Source of the DNA: Macrostomum lignano
Taxonomy: Eukaryota
NCBI GenBank assembly: GCA_002269645.1
Contig: NIVC01003303.1
Location: 41,123-105,122, forward strand
DNA length: 64,000 nt
Reading direction: 5' to 3'
Numbering within the stretch: position 1 is the first letter of the stretch; each line of letters starts with the position of its first letter. The notes below the pieces were generated by a model. The model did not search any database. It was not told the origin of the DNA and worked only from the letters and a program-made list of their open reading frames with translations. This document shows positions 26,015 through 40,063 of the stretch, piece by piece. Position numbers and translations under genes: made by a program.

Positions 26015-28820
26015 TGTCGGATTTCCATCCTCCAAATATTTGTACTTTCTATTACCTTGTACTTTTCAGTTAACCGTCTCCCTTTGTCTACCATGCCTTT
26101 CCCACAGACTATCGTAACCGTTCATTTACCACAGACAATTCAGCTGGCCTGTTCATTATTGTTAGTATAAATACAACTTCAACCCGCGGCTTAGGCCCTT
26201 CACTTCTTCTTTCCCCTCCTTCCTTTCTGCACCACTAATCACATATTGTTAGTTGTTAGTTTATTGTCTATTCGACAATTCTGGTAGCAGAGCGTGGTTC
26301 CAGCAGTCGGAGAATGACCACCTCTCAGCCTCTGCTGAAGCGACCACTGCCGCGGAGCAGCCACCCGCCGAAAGCAGTGACCCGCTGCCAGCCGCTTCGT
26401 CCGCCACGACATCCGCTCCTCCCGCTGCTCCGTCCTCAGCTCCGATCCCTGCAACAGCTCCCACTGCCTCCGTCGACGTGAACGCCCTCATCGCCTCAAT
26501 GACTGCGATGATGCAGCAGAACCAGCAGCTCATTCAACAGCTTGCCGCCACCGTCCGTCCAGCCTCAACATCAACTGCCTCAACGCCCGCATCAGATGCT
26601 CACGATCCGGCCGGGCTCATCCGCTCCACCATTCTCAAGAACGTACATCTCCCGATCTTCGACGGTACGGACCCTGCTGCATTTCCGGGCTTCTGGGACG
26701 CCTTCGTCTACCGCGTTGACCGCTCCAGCCTCAACGACGTCGACAAATTCGAGGCGCTTCGCGGTCTGCTCTCCGGCTCCGCTCTCAAGAAGCTCGGTGC
26801 CCTCAATGCCTACCAACCCAACGCCTACGCCGAGGCCTGCTGTGTCCTCCAGGCCAACTACACCGACACACAGGAGCAAAAGAACGCCTCCTTCCAGCGT
26901 CTCCTCGCCCTTCACTGCAACTCTGCCTCCGACATAGACGAGCTCGAGACCTACACCGACGCCCTCCGACTCGCTACCGGCCAGCTCCTCCGCCTTGGCG
27001 AGCCCGCCAGCACCATGGACGGCTACGTCTACGCCCTGTGGAGCCGCCTCCCGATCGAGCTGCAGAGCGAGATCCGCAACCTTCGTGCTGCCAACGGGCA
27101 GCCTCTCATGCCAACTATGACACAGCTCCAGTGCCACCTCGATTACAAGCTGAAGACGCTCAGAGCCGCTTCCGCTACCCCTCCGGCTGCGACCTTCGCT
27201 TCCGCCATCCTTCTGGGCAACGCCAGTTCCCAGCCGCCACAAGCCCGCAGCACCGGCAATCGCTTATCGTCGGACGCCTATCAACCTGACCCCGCTCCTT
27301 GCGCCGACATTAAATCTCGCCCAGCCGCGAAGTTAAGTTCCACTGCCAGCCAAGAGCCCAAGAGTTCTTGTCCCTGCAGCGACGCCAGTCAGCCTATCAG
27401 CCCTAACGTACCTGCCCAAGCGCTTCGAACGACTCTCAAAGCCTGCCCGACACCCTTCAGGGCCATCCTCGACGGCTCCCTCGATACCACAGCCTCTCGT
27501 CTCAACGGCTTCCTCGGCTCCTCGCAAGTGGTCATTGCGAACACTTTCCCTAACAACGATGGGCTCCACCTCGACCGACTTCTGGACAGCATGTCCAACC
27601 TCGAAGCTCTCGGCACGGCAAAGGATGCTGAACGGCCCGACGCCAGGAACGACAGACCCCAGGAACGCCTGCCCGACTCCATCATGCGCGATACCGACGG
27701 TCGAATCTCCGTCGACCTGCCATTCGAACCTGGAGCCGAACTCCTACCTTCCAACTTTGGCCAGGCCTTCGGTAGTGCTCAAGCCACACACCGCCGCCTC
27801 AGCCTTCCCGAGCGCGAGGCCTACTACGCCGAGTTCGAGAAGCGCAAGCAAAAAGGTGTCCTGGAACGAGTCAGCCCTGGCCAGCCAGCTGGCCCAGTCA
27901 TCCAGACTCTGCCGCACTTCCCAGTCATAAAGGAGAGCTTCAACACGACGAAGATCCGCCCCGTCGTCGACGGCGCTACACTCGACGACCTCCTAGAGCC
28001 TGGGCCCAACCTTCTGACCTCAATGCTTCAAGTCTTACTAGTTCACCGCGCTCACCGGTTCAGCATCTCATCTGACCTCAAGGCCGCCTTCTACCAGATA
28101 GGTGTTCACGAGCCTCACCGCGACGCCCTCCGCATCATCCTTCCAAAGGATATCAACAAGCCGCTAGTACAAGGCAACTTCGAGCTCTGGCGCTTCACTC
28201 GCATCGTCATGGGCGCCTCTCCCAGCCCGTGGATTCTCTTGGTGGTCCTCCACAAGATCTGCTTGGACGCAATTAACTCTGGAGATTCCGACCTCACCCG
28301 ACCCGAGCTCGAGCGCATCATCGGCGGCCTCTACGTCGACAACCTTGTCATCGGCGCTGACACCAAGGAAGATGATGCCCGTCCCGTCTGCCGGCTTGGC
28401 TTCCGGCCCGGAATTATTGTTGCACCTGACTAAACATTTTACCGTTTCCACGAACTAAAATCAATGCGCAAATACTCGCTTTTAATCATTCTACTGATTT
28501 TACCATTCAAAATCCCCTCTATCTTATCGTTACCTGTTGGCCCCCCGAGCCTGTCGGATTTCCATCCTCCAAATATTTGTACTTTCTATTACCTTGTACT
28601 TTTCAGTTAACCGTCTCCCTTTGTCTACCATGCCTTTCCCACAGACTATCGTAACCGTTCATTTACCACAGACAATTCAGCTGGCCTGTTCATTATTGTT
28701 AGTATAAATACAACTTCAACCCGCGGCTTAGGCCCTTCACTTCTTCTTTCCCCTCCTTCCTTTCTGCACCACTAATCACATATTGTTAGTTGTTAGTTTA
28801 TTGTCTATTCGACAATTCTG
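26015..28820 (+). mobile_element. Internally deleted Bel/Pao LTR retrotransposon with identical LTRs
   Basis: 263-bp TG...CA LTRs at 26015-26277 and 28552-28814, identical by eye; PBS TGGTAGCAGAGCGTGGTT (initiator tRNA-Met type); no RNase H or integrase; no TSD. Confidence 0.92.
26253..28433 (+). CDS. Bel/Pao gag (DUF1759-like) plus RT N-terminal part, truncated just after the YVDN motif
   Basis: LPIFDG...FWDAF...DKFEALRGLLSGSA; GRISVDLPF; LPHFPVIKE...TTKIRPVVDGA; GPNLL; SDLKAAFYQI; FTRIVMGASPSP; LYVDNL. The true start is probably downstream of the LTR. Confidence 0.88.
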   Translation: MLVYCLFDNSGSRAWFQQSENDHLSASAEATTAAEQPPAESSDPLPAASSATTSAPPAAPSSAPIPATAPTASVDVNALIASMTAMMQQNQQLIQQLAATVRPASTSTASTPASDAHDPAGLIRSTILKNVHLPIFDGTDPAAFPGFWDAFVYRVDRSSLNDVDKFEALRGLLSGSALKKLGALNAYQPNAYAEACCVLQANYTDTQEQKNASFQRLLALHCNSASDIDELETYTDALRLATGQLLRLGEPASTMDGYVYALWSRLPIELQSEIRNLRAANGQPLMPTMTQLQCHLDYKLKTLRAASATPPAATFASAILLGNASSQPPQARSTGNRLSSDAYQPDPAPCADIKSRPAAKLSSTASQEPKSSCPCSDASQPISPNVPAQALRTTLKACPTPFRAILDGSLDTTASRLNGFLGSSQVVIANTFPNNDGLHLDRLLDSMSNLEALGTAKDAERPDARNDRPQERLPDSIMRDTDGRISVDLPFEPGAELLPSNFGQAFGSAQATHRRLSLPEREAYYAEFEKRKQKGVLERVSPGQPAGPVIQTLPHFPVIKESFNTTKIRPVVDGATLDDLLEPGPNLLTSMLQVLLVHRAHRFSISSDLKAAFYQIGVHEPHRDALRIILPKDINKPLVQGNFELWRFTRIVMGASPSPWILLVVLHKICLDAINSGDSDLTRPELERIIGGLYVDNLVIGADTKEDDARPVCRLGFRPGIIVAPD

Positions 28821-29599
28821 ACACTTCACTGCGCCTTGGGGGGTTGGCTCGCAAGGCCGTTAATTGCACGAGCAGAGCCAAGCCGAGATTCCAATTCAGC
28901 CCCAAATTAATGTGACTGCACTTGGAATCGAGCCTGGGTCGCTGGCACACCAGAGCAGCTGCGCTACCGCTGGGCTACGGCCCCCCTATGAGCAACCCTT
29001 AATGTTGAGGGGAAGTTGAGGGAGGCTTGTTAGCAAGACAATTAAAAATTGATGATGCTATAGGCTAGAATTACAGGAAGACTGCCACCGGCAAGTGTTG
29101 TCTGCTGCAAGTTTAGCGAATGCTTTTCTCATTACTTTGACAAAAAGACAAAAGGCATTTTACTTACAGCTTCTGGGACAGTCTAGCTTTATACTAATTT
29201 GCTGTTTGGCTTCCACCTCAATTTTAGCATTGTGTGGCAGCCCTCTGTAGTAATGAACAAAATGCCACTTACTTGGGGCAAATGAAAATGCATTCAAAAG
29301 CATTCTCCGTGTTACTATGGCTATGACTCTTCTTCTTACATGTAATTCACCTAACTCAAAAAACGTTTTCAGGCAGTGAGCTAAGCTTCTTTCAGAAATT
29401 TTCGGTTCAAGCTAACTGACAACTGAAGATTCAGAAACTTTTAATGCACAAATGAGCAGTGTTACAGGCATCCGTTAATGAAAATCTAAACAATTCTATC
29501 ATAACAAAAGGGATCATCGTTCAAAAAATCCGTTTACATTCAATTTAAAAATAGTTTAACGAACCCTTCTGACCCAGATACATTCTGTCTATTGATTTT

Positions 29600-29960
29600 A
29601 CTGGTTTACCCAGCAAAATTGGTCCTTTGTACGAGATATTCCATTTAAATGATTTTTAGGCAACAGTACATGTACTACGTAGGATACAAAATTAATATGG
29701 AATCCTAAATTTTCCTAACGAAAAGTTCTATGAATGCGACACTAGATCTCTTAGAAAGGCAGGACATATCGAAAGATGAACATTGGAATGAACGCTTTGA
29801 ACGCAAGATCGGGGATAGAATCCCACAGCCTTGACTACACTGTGTATTCAGAAAAGTCAATGCCAGTTATAAAGTTCATGCCCACTTCATGGCTAACGCG
29901 TGGCGAGTAAAGTGGAGATGAGTCCCGCCTAGATGTAACTTCCTTCACCACCATGCATTT
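29600..29960 (-). mobile_element. Highly decayed non-LTR retroelement remnant (similar pieces at ~31780-31920 and ~61180-61350)
   Basis: Shared blocks CATATC(G/A)AAAGATGAACA(T/C)TGGA and (T)CCTAAATTTT...AAGAAACG(A/T)AGTTT between the sites; family not determined. Confidence 0.35.
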
Positions 29961-30829
29961 TAAATGCACTGCTTTATGTGTACTGCATACTTTATGCATG
30001 TAGTTTATCGTTTCTCAAATCGATTATAAACATGGGTTTTTTACAGTTTACATAAACCTGATTGTACTTTGACGTTAAAAAATTAAAATACCGGTATAGT
30101 TACCTGCAACTAGCGTCAGACACAAGAGCAAGGCAACCGTTGTGATGACTGCAGTTTTACAGGCCATTTCGCTGCACACAAATGGATTGTTGAAAGAATT
30201 TGTTACTGGCAATCTAAAGCCTATATAGAACGGTTCTTTCTTAACCAAAAAGATTGCCAGTGCGTTGCCACTAGGGCTTGCTTCAATTTCAATGTGAGGC
30301 ACAATTTTTCAGCAGCAATGGACTCATGTATATTTCATGGGCTGAATGAGCTAGGCCGAAAATCCCTATTTACACTATAACCAGAAAAACTTCCCGGCGA
30401 CAAACACTTAACTGGCTACGAAGTTGGACGGCCCAATGAGAGAATGCAAGATGTTGAAAAAATGGGCATTAGGAAGAGACGACAGGGTGATGGCATACCC
30501 AAAGCTGTTGTAGCTTTCAACCTGGCTCGGTTGAAGGAAGCTCTTTCAGTGTGTGCTTTCACACATTGCAGTAAGTGCAGTTCATGGATACTAGGCCTAT
30601 ACTTTACATTTAATGTGTTTTTTTGGCTGCTCGTGTGTCATATTTGCTGTGCATGCCAAACCGGCTGTGAAAATGAAAAGTGAAACCTCCAAGTCGAAGA
30701 CCTGACTAAATATAAACCTTGTAAAACACGAAATTTTGTCTTTGCAAGGCTGCTCTGAATAAACATGGACTGGATGCTTTTCTTACTAGCTTATTGTCGT
30801 AGCACAAGCAGCTTTGGGCTTTTCGCACC

Positions 30830-31290
30830 AGGGGCTGTAGCAGCAGGGGCTTTAGCACCAGGGGCTTTAGCACCAGGGGCTTTAGCTCCAGGGGCTTTAG
30901 CTCCAGGGGCTTTAGCACCAGGGGCTTTAGCACCAGGGGCTTTAGCACCAAGGGGCTTTAGCACCAAGGGGCTTTAGCACCAGGGGCTTTAGCACCAAGG
31001 GGCTTTAGCACCAAGGGGCTTTAGCACCAAGGGGCTTTAGCACCAAGGGGCTTTAGCACCAAGGGGCTTTAGCACCAAGGGGCTTTAGCACCAGGGGCTT
31101 TAGCACCAAGGGGCTTTAGCACCAAGGGGCTTTAGCACCAAGGGGCTTTAGCACCAGGGGCTTTAGCACCAAGGGGCTTTAGCACCAAGGGGCTTTAACA
31201 CCAAGGGGCTTTAGCACCAAGGGGCTTTAGCACCAAGGGGCTTTAGCCCCAGGGGCTGTAGCAGCAGGGGCTGTAGCAGCAGGGGCTTTA
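30830..31290. repeat. 15-16-bp minisatellite (GGGGCTTTAGCACCA[A])
   Basis: Direct periodicity; explains the PGALA and KPLVL ORFs. Confidence 0.95.
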
Positions 31291-32338
31291 GCACCAGAGA
31301 CGCCAGAACATTTTCCGAGTGCCCTCGACTCAGTGCTATAAGATACTATCAGGAAGATAATGCAGAGTTTACTAGTAATAGCGTTTGCGTCTTGAAGATT
31401 TCTTGAAACTGTTTTAAAATTTCAAGCGGCCTTTGAAGAAGACCACCGAATATCTCTTTAAAAATTGATAACCAACAATTAAATAATCTTTTAGAAAATG
31501 TTACATGTAGCTAAATGTAGAAAAATTTAATGCAAGTCGATCCATTGCAGCTGCTGTTGCCACTACTAAAAGTAGTCAGATTACACTCTATTTACCGTCG
31601 GCATAGGAAAGGAAAAAAAATCCTTGAACAAGCAGTCGAATAATTTGCATAGATCAAATTCTTATTAAATCGTAATTATTTTCATGTATTTTTTACTTTT
31701 ATCAATACTTTTTTTCGCTTATTTTTGCCAAGGACTACTTAAGTTGAAAGACGATCGATATCCTTGTGTTACACTTTTACACAGTCAACTACCATACATG
31801 TATAAGAAATGAAAACCTCCATTCTCCGTATTGTACTTTTTGGTAAGGCTACCTTTTAAAATTTTCCAAGAAACGTAGTTTACTGTCCTTAATTACAGTA
31901 AGTCTCCCCGTAATATCAACTGCTTTATAATTGAGCTACAGAAATTAAACGGTAGCTGTTGAGCCTGGCATTGCAACCTAACTGATGCCAGCCAAATATC
32001 AGATAATATCGCAACACGGGCTAAAATTGTTTATTAAAAGATCTTGTCAACCCACTCAAATAAGGTATTTCAGTAGCTATTTTACTGTTTCGACTTAACT
32101 GAACTGGAAAATGTTTGCAAAAATTATTCATACAAAAAATTGCAAAGTATTGCTATTTTAAAGTTGAATCGTTCAGTGGCAACATCCTACTCTATAGCAA
32201 CTCAATATTCTCTGTAATTTTTTTCTGTGCGTCTTTAACGTCAAAAGTCGTTACTGGAAACTACTCAAGAAGACACACAACAAACATTTTGGAACTCAAA
32301 ATTGCGTTCATCTTCGCAGACTACTCAGACGCTGCCAA

Positions 32339-35155
32339 CTACTCAAAAACGGTGACGCAGCGGAAGCAGCTGCCGCCGATGAAGCCGGCCAGGCCCTCGC
32401 TCGGTCCGAACAGAAGGCAGTCGCCGTTTCCAGGAATGACCAAAGCAAACAGGCAGGCTGGCTGCGCCGTGCACTTGAAGATGCAGTCCAGCCGAGGGCT
32501 CTTCAGGCCGGACCATCGGGTCAGGAGGGCGCTTGATGCAGCTGGGAAGCTGGACTGAGCACTGCTGACGCACAGGGAGGCTCCCTTAGCCACTGAAAAC
32601 AAATATTTTGGATGCGTTAGCTACAGCAAAGCAAACTGGATTTACAATCTTCAGAGGTGCTCACTTGCTAAGATATCAATCTCAAATATGTTGATGTACT
32701 GTTGCAATGAAGAGAGTCCAGTAATGTTCTTGTAAATAGCGAAATACCTGCCCACAATGGGCTTGGAACAGTTGACTTTGATCGGGTTGTCAGCATCAGT
32801 GGGCACATCGGTGTAGTAGAAGCACAGTTGGAACAGGTGTGAATTGAATGCAGTCCACACGGCGGGGTTGTTTGTCACACCTGTGGTGGCAGAGGTGAGT
32901 GTCATTAAGAAAATGATCTAAAAGTAGCTGCGAACCCCTTGCAAGACGCAAACAGCCTATTCGGATCTTCCTGTCGATATTAATTTCGCAAGGCATGTGA
33001 AAATTAATATGGCAATGGGGTTGTCATCTAGTGATTGTAGCGTCGGTCCGACGACTTGAAGGTCGGGAGTTCGATTCCCGATCTCACTTGAATAATTTGT
33101 GTTCTTGAACAAGACACTAAACTCTGCTTTGGTTGAGTTCACCCAACTGTAAAATGGGTGCCAGCATTAACTGGGGTAATTGAGGGTGTATGTGACGACC
33201 ACGCAGTCCTTGGACTGAACAGCCAATAGCTACGGGTGAGCTGTCGGTAGCACATCTGGCCCAATTGGGGCAGGTGTAACAAAAATATGCAGCAAAAATG
33301 CAGCATCAAATTCAGTTAATCAAGCCGAGACCGAGATGTAGTCGCTCTCGTCTCAGGAATATTGAATTCAGTTGTATCGTCTACAATTCAGGAATCCGTG
33401 GATTGCACAGGGCTGCCATTGTGAGACTATATAGGAATAGTTTAATAAGCGACTTTCGCGTTCAAACATAAAAATGAAGCCCCAAATTATTGCAATCGAC
33501 ATGCACACGCGCTAGATTTGAAGAAGGGATTTAGCATTTTACTTTACATGTAAAAAGCAAAGCATTGAAGCTCATGTCTGCGATACCGAAGTTTCGGTGG
33601 ACTCTGTGTCAATAACGATTCAGAATTCAGTTCTAATGTGCCATTAGCAGCATCGGCATTTTGTCTTTCTTAAGAAAGCCAAAGGATTCAGGCAGACTTT
33701 TAGATCTCCAGGACTCTGTCGGATCTCAATCAATAGTTTGCATCGAAGCAGCTGGGTGATGGGGCAGACCAGTTCTCTCTCTCGCTCACTCTCGCTCTCA
33801 CTCCACGACCTCTAGTTCGATTCAGTATGCGACCACCTTAATTTATTGCGCCCTGTACACCCTGTGTGAGCGTGTGTATGAGTGTGTGCCTTCGTACAGC
33901 ACTGTCGCGCTTGCATGTTGCTCAGAAGTCGCAACGGAATGGGCAGAATTGACGTCAGCGTTGGTTGTTAGGGACGTTGTCGCCGAAAGGCGTTGCTAGG
34001 ATGCCCCGAGACCTTGTGCGAAGATATTTATAACTTATTCCACAGCTAGGCGTGAAGTTTGATGGTGATGACCAACTACCCCTAACCCTCTAGTAGAGTG
34101 GTTCTGGCATCAAAGAGAATACCTTTGGTGCCAAAAATGTATTTGAATTGCTCACTTAGCTGCAGGGGGCGGTCTGAAGACACGGCTGGGAGGCGGGGGG
34201 TCGCCCCCGCTAATAATCCGCTAATCCCTGAACCAAAACTATGTGCACTGACTGCAGAGATTTTAGCTGGCACTTACCAAAGCTGATCTGAGTAAATCTC
34301 TTGGACCAGGAGTTGTCAAGCCGGTTCCACACTCGAGCACCAAAAACAGCGTGCGGCCGCTCCATGTCCAGCATCACCCATGGCAACGGATCTCTAGCTG
34401 CCGAATGAATCATGAATCTATTGGTCACGCCATCGTTGACCCGGATGGGATCCGCCGTGCCCGAGTAGCTCGATGATGCCTTGGCCGATTTGTTCTTGCC
34501 AACCAGCACCAGTTGAAATTCAGACACGCTCTGCAGAGCTGGTGAAAGGTTACTTTATATGATTGAGGCTTTAGGCAAATTTACCTTGTAGGGATTTCTT
34601 TTGTCAGTTGAATTGAATCGAATTAATACATGCATGACCTTCAACACTTGTAGTTTGATTAATAATAATAATAATAATAATTGATTACAGCTGCCCTAAT
34701 GGCAGCCATTTCGCAGCCATTTCGCGGCGCATCTGAAGGCTGCGTACGGCTGTTCAGTCCAAGGACTGGGGGGTCGCCACACACATCCTCAATTACCCCA
34801 GCTAATGCTGGCACCCATTTTACAGCTGGGTGGACTGAAGCAATTCAGAGTGAAGTCTCTTGCTCAAAGACACAAATTGTTCCAGTGGGGTCGGGAATCG
34901 AACCCCTGACCTTCAAGTCGTGAGTTCGACGCTCGAACCACTGGGCTGCAACCTTTTATTATACAGTGATAAAACCGTATAACTATTCATTTTTTATTTA
35001 CAATTCGAAGCGAAATCTTCTTTAACTTAAGTTTCTGCTTCTAGACAGGTCAAAGTGAAATTTGTTAAAGCAATCAAGTTACCTGCGCTTATGGTAGAAC
35101 AAAACAGGAAAGCTATGGTTATTTGTAGACTGTTTTGATTTCTGCTTGGCTTCAT
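32339..35155 (-). CDS. Secreted F-type lectin + PAN protein, copy 3; complement(join(35083..35155,34278..34538,32665..32880,32339..32592))
   Basis: First exon MKPSRNQNSLQITIAFLFCSTISA (phase 1); intact IHS...PWVMLD...WNRLDNSWSKRF; exons 3-4 nearly identical to copy 1. Confidence 0.83.
33017..33225 (+). mobile_element. tRNA-derived SINE family 1
   Basis: GAGTTCGATTCC B-box, GTTCACCCAACTGTAAAATGGGTGCCAGC core, GTCCTTGGACTGAACAGCC tail; in intron 2 of lectin copy 3. Confidence 0.8.
34718..34950 (-). mobile_element. tRNA-derived SINE family 1
   Basis: Homologous to 23051-23272; in intron 1 of lectin copy 3. Confidence 0.85.
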
Positions 35156-35664
35156 GCTAGCAAAAAGAAGCAATTTTTTAAGATTTTCTTAACCGATTTC
35201 TCCCAGTGACAAATAAGTCTTAACGCTATAGATGCGTCGTGAGAGATGCAGTGGTTAATAACTATTGAATGTCTATTGACTGAACGTGCAGTAGCACCTG
35301 AGCTGACTAAATCGAAGCTCAAATGCTGCTTATTGGTTGAAGCCATCTACCTGTACAGTTAGGCATCACAGTGTCTAGGGTAAATAAGTAATGGTTTCGG
35401 GTTTATGGCTTGATTTTTTATATTTGACATGCATGGAACCATGGTTGAAGGTTAACATCCAGGTTAGAGCTAATATTTGTAGGAAATAACGGACCATAAA
35501 ATCGGTCGAACTTGTAGACAAACAAGGCCGAATCAGTAGAAGCGTATGCAGACAAGGTATGTCAGAACTGCTTATTTTACCTGGTTAAACATAGCAATGG
35601 CGCCTGTCAGAGCGGAGACAACTGTTCTAATCTTCCGATGAGACCTCTGCATTTCACTTATCAA

Positions 35665-36785
<1,121 letters not shown>

Positions 36786-37094
36786 TAAGCCATAAATTAT
36801 TAAAACATAGCTGCCAGTTGTAAAATATCTTTGATCCCGAGCTAGTTTGTCATCGTCTATAATTTATGGGAATTTACTTCTCATTAAAAACTAAACTACA
36901 AAGTTTTTATTACGTAACCATAGGAAATGAAATTACGTGTACCGAACTCACGAGGAAAAACTTCCAGATACAAGAATTGGGTTACATTGAAAAAAGAGTC
37001 TCGCTAAATACACTTGATTACATTCTACAGTCGGTTACGTAAGCGTGAGTACAATTGTCAACTGTCCCGCCTTTCACAGGCCCGCCGGCAGCTG

Positions 37095-37921
37095 TCACTT
37101 GTTGGACACGGAGATGCGGCTGAACAGCAGGCCGAACGACCTGCAAATCGGTCCGCACACGCAGTCGGTGACGGAGACGCAGCACTCCCTGTAGACCCCC
37201 GTGCAGATCTTGAACAGCTTCATGCTGGGCGTGATGCACCAGATGTTGTTATAAGCTACGATAGCAAAGGTGCAGCCCCAGTACAGAGCAATGCACAGGC
37301 CAGTGAGCACAGTGAGCAGTTTGTAGCAGCAATTCTTGCCGCCATTGTAGCACCGATATGAGTTGCGCCACACGCAGTCGATTGAGTGCGCATCGTCCGG
37401 CTCAGCCAGGACGTCCTCGAAGCCGACCTGCGCGGAGGTCAGTGAAATGTGTGTAGCACACGCAGACAGAGAGGCCTAAGGGGGCTAGTTTATAACGTTG
37501 ACCAATGGTATCAACACAAGGACCACCATAGAAGTTACCGTTGTATTAGGACGTAACACTCGCAAATATTGCCGATTCATTTGAAGGCCCGCTTGTTTGC
37601 GTTTATTTAGCGATGCTTGCCTTCAAAAAGCACCCCTTTAAGCCTGAGAAGCTATAGAATAGATACATGTACAATGGTAACTTCTAGTGGTCCTTGTATC
37701 GGCAATTAAATGGAAAGACGTTTCAACTTTTCAGCATCGAGTTAAAAAACCGTTCGGAAAATCCAAAAATAAATTTTTGAAGCCCGGGAACTTTCCATAT
37801 ATTTTGCTATCAAACACTTGCGCTGACCAACCTTGAGGTATGCATTGAGTCCGTTCGGGTCGCGGTTGACCATATCCAGGTCGGAGTCGTCGCTCCTGCG
37901 TGAATCGTTGTCTCGGCCCAT
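37095..37921 (-). CDS. Caveolin A, 140 aa; complement(join(37832..37921,37095..37427))
   Basis: MGRDND...DMVNRDPNGLNAYLK|VGFEDVLAEPDDAHSIDCVWRNSY...KNCCYKLL...IWCITP; caveolin signature FEDVxAEP; phase-0 GT-AG intron. Confidence 0.93.
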
Positions 37922-39622
37922 GTCGCGTCGCCTACTTCTGGTGAGCTGTTCTTGACTTCCTTCAGGCGGAGCAGAAATTCAGTTTATTATTCTGCTGGCT
38001 TGCGAACCCTCTTAGAGAAAGCTGCTCACTCACTTTTAAGGCGAAATTTTTCATTGCTTTTGCTGCCAGGGCGGGTTACGCGGCCACACCCTTGTGGTGG
38101 CCTGTCGATACAGCGACTTCTTAGGTTGGAAAATCACCGAGTTCCCACGCTGAGAAAGCAGCACAGCAACGTGGACTACATGGGAATTAAGCGAACGAAT
38201 GGGTTGGGCGTGGCTGACCTCGATAGTTAGGATTTTCCCAGGACCCCATGGCGCAGAACGATGGCGCTGATGTTGAGATGGAATGGGAACAACGCCAAAA
38301 GAAATTACACTATGCCTACTATTGTAAGTAGCAGCTAAGGGTGCTGAGTCTCTTCGGTTTAAAAAGGGCCTGAAGTTAAAATGTTTATGCCCACAGAACA
38401 GTATGATAGCATGTGAAACTTCAAACTTAAGCTGACTTGCTTTCGAAGCTAAGAAAAATATGGAAGTCTAGCGTTTAGTATTTGTTCAAAATGGTTTAAG
38501 ATCGCATTGGTATCATTGTCAAGTCTTCCTCAGGAGTAGTTCATAAGTATAATCATAATTAAAAGTCGCTTTGAGCTGTACAAGCTGCGGTCTAAGAATT
38601 GAAAACCTGAGTATCTGCATCTCCGCAACTGTTTTCGAAATTAAACCGAGTGCACCGGAAAACTGCTGGTCAGACTTCAGAGCTAAAAAAACAGGGATTA
38701 CAAACGAAAGCAGTCATCTTTATTCAACGGATTGTGGGATTTAAAACCGTGTTGTGCTGGGATTTCAAAGTATACATATGGTAAAATTAGGAATGGATTG
38801 GAGAAACAAGACGTGGAATTCTAAATCAGTGTGCGGGAATTGCCGGGGCTGGGAGAAGGAGAACCGTCCCGTGCAATACGATCCCGGAGTTAGCGCTGAT
38901 GTACCCGAAATACCCGACGTCGGATTGTTGTAGGCTACAATTCGCTGCACAGATTATTCTACTCGTAGCATAATAACTTAAAATAACTTGCAGGTTATTA
39001 TAAAGCTATCTGTATATTAATAAATCATTCGGTTTAAGCCCCATCTCATATATTCACCGGTTATACTTTCGCCAAAAAACTCATTTGCGAATGTCGCTCT
39101 CGCATAGAGAGAAGAAGCATCTCCGTATCCAGTAGCAACGGCCACCCGCCCACCGCCCGAGCCTCTCTTAGAAAGAAGAGAAACACCCCTGTCACAAATC
39201 CAAGAGATAGAAACAAACCGAATAGCTATGTAGCTCGAGCTCAAGAACCCGCTGCAATTAAAGAGAGGGCCAAAAACAGCGAACCCCTGACGCGCTTGCC
39301 AAGCAATTCATGAGGCCCGCTTCGGCTTGCAGCGGGAGGGTGGAGGCTGTGCTGTTGAGATGCGCCTTAACTATAGAAGTGGATACAGTCTCATGCCAGC
39401 TCTGCAATTCAATACTGTCAATTGAAGTGTTTCTGCGCAAATAATGCCTCTCCGCTCTGCTCGGTGATGTAGCCGCACTAAGGTAGACAATACTTAGCCC
39501 TCTGCTTGATGGCGCCAAACCATTGTGCTTACAACTGCACCCAAGGCCTGCAAGCATATCGAAAAGAAAAATATTATCAACCCTAAAATGCCCCTAGCAA
39601 CGGGTTTAGCGAGGGCTAAGAT

Positions 39623-39624
<2 letters not shown>

Positions 39625-39692
<68 letters not shown>
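39625..39692. repeat. (GA)n microsatellite
   Basis: Direct. Confidence 0.95.
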
Positions 39693-39697
<5 letters not shown>

Positions 39698-40063
39698 AGA
39701 GAGTAGAAGCTCCGAAACGATGCCACTTTAGAACTGTTGGGCTGCAGAGAATTAGGCGCATTTGAGCACAATAGCAACTGTTTCACTCTGGCAGCTACGG
39801 TAGGGGGGGGGGGAGGTTGCAGTTGCCAGAGGGGGTTAGGACTGAGAAGAGAGACGAGAAGCAGCTTCCATGCGATGGGGCTGGCTCTCCCAGAGAGGCA
39901 AGCTCTGGGGGCGTCTCTCCGTAGCCATGACTACGTGTCCAACGCAGCCAAAGCAGCATAAATTGGGGCGCAGCGCCGAAGGAGCGCAGCACCGCAGCGC
40001 CACAGCAGCCGCAGACCTCAGTATTCCGCAGTCCCTTACCAAAAAGAAAACTCGTAAGCAGCA

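Larger units (their letters stand above)
25818..28987 (-). mobile_element. Full-length SINE family 2 with 13-bp TSD, split by the Bel/Pao element
   Basis: TSD ATGAGCAACCCTT at 25805-25817 and 28988-29000; tRNA-like head (GGGGGGCCGTAGCCCAGCGG...GGCTCGATTCC) at ~28985-28920; A-rich tail at 25818-25830; the body matches the uninterrupted copy at 60385-60570. Confidence 0.88.
22212..30167 (-). pseudogene. F-type lectin + PAN copy 2; complement(join(30104..30167,25349..25571,22560..22775,22212..22465)); 38-bp deletion in exon 2 shifts the frame
   Basis: Signal exon MACKTAVITTVALLLCLTLVA (64 nt, phase 1); exon 2 is 223 nt versus 261 nt in copy 3, with the deletion between two GCTT microhomologies removing DNSWxKRFTQIS; introns carry a SINE, a Mag fragment and a Bel/Pao element. 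Confidence 0.78.
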
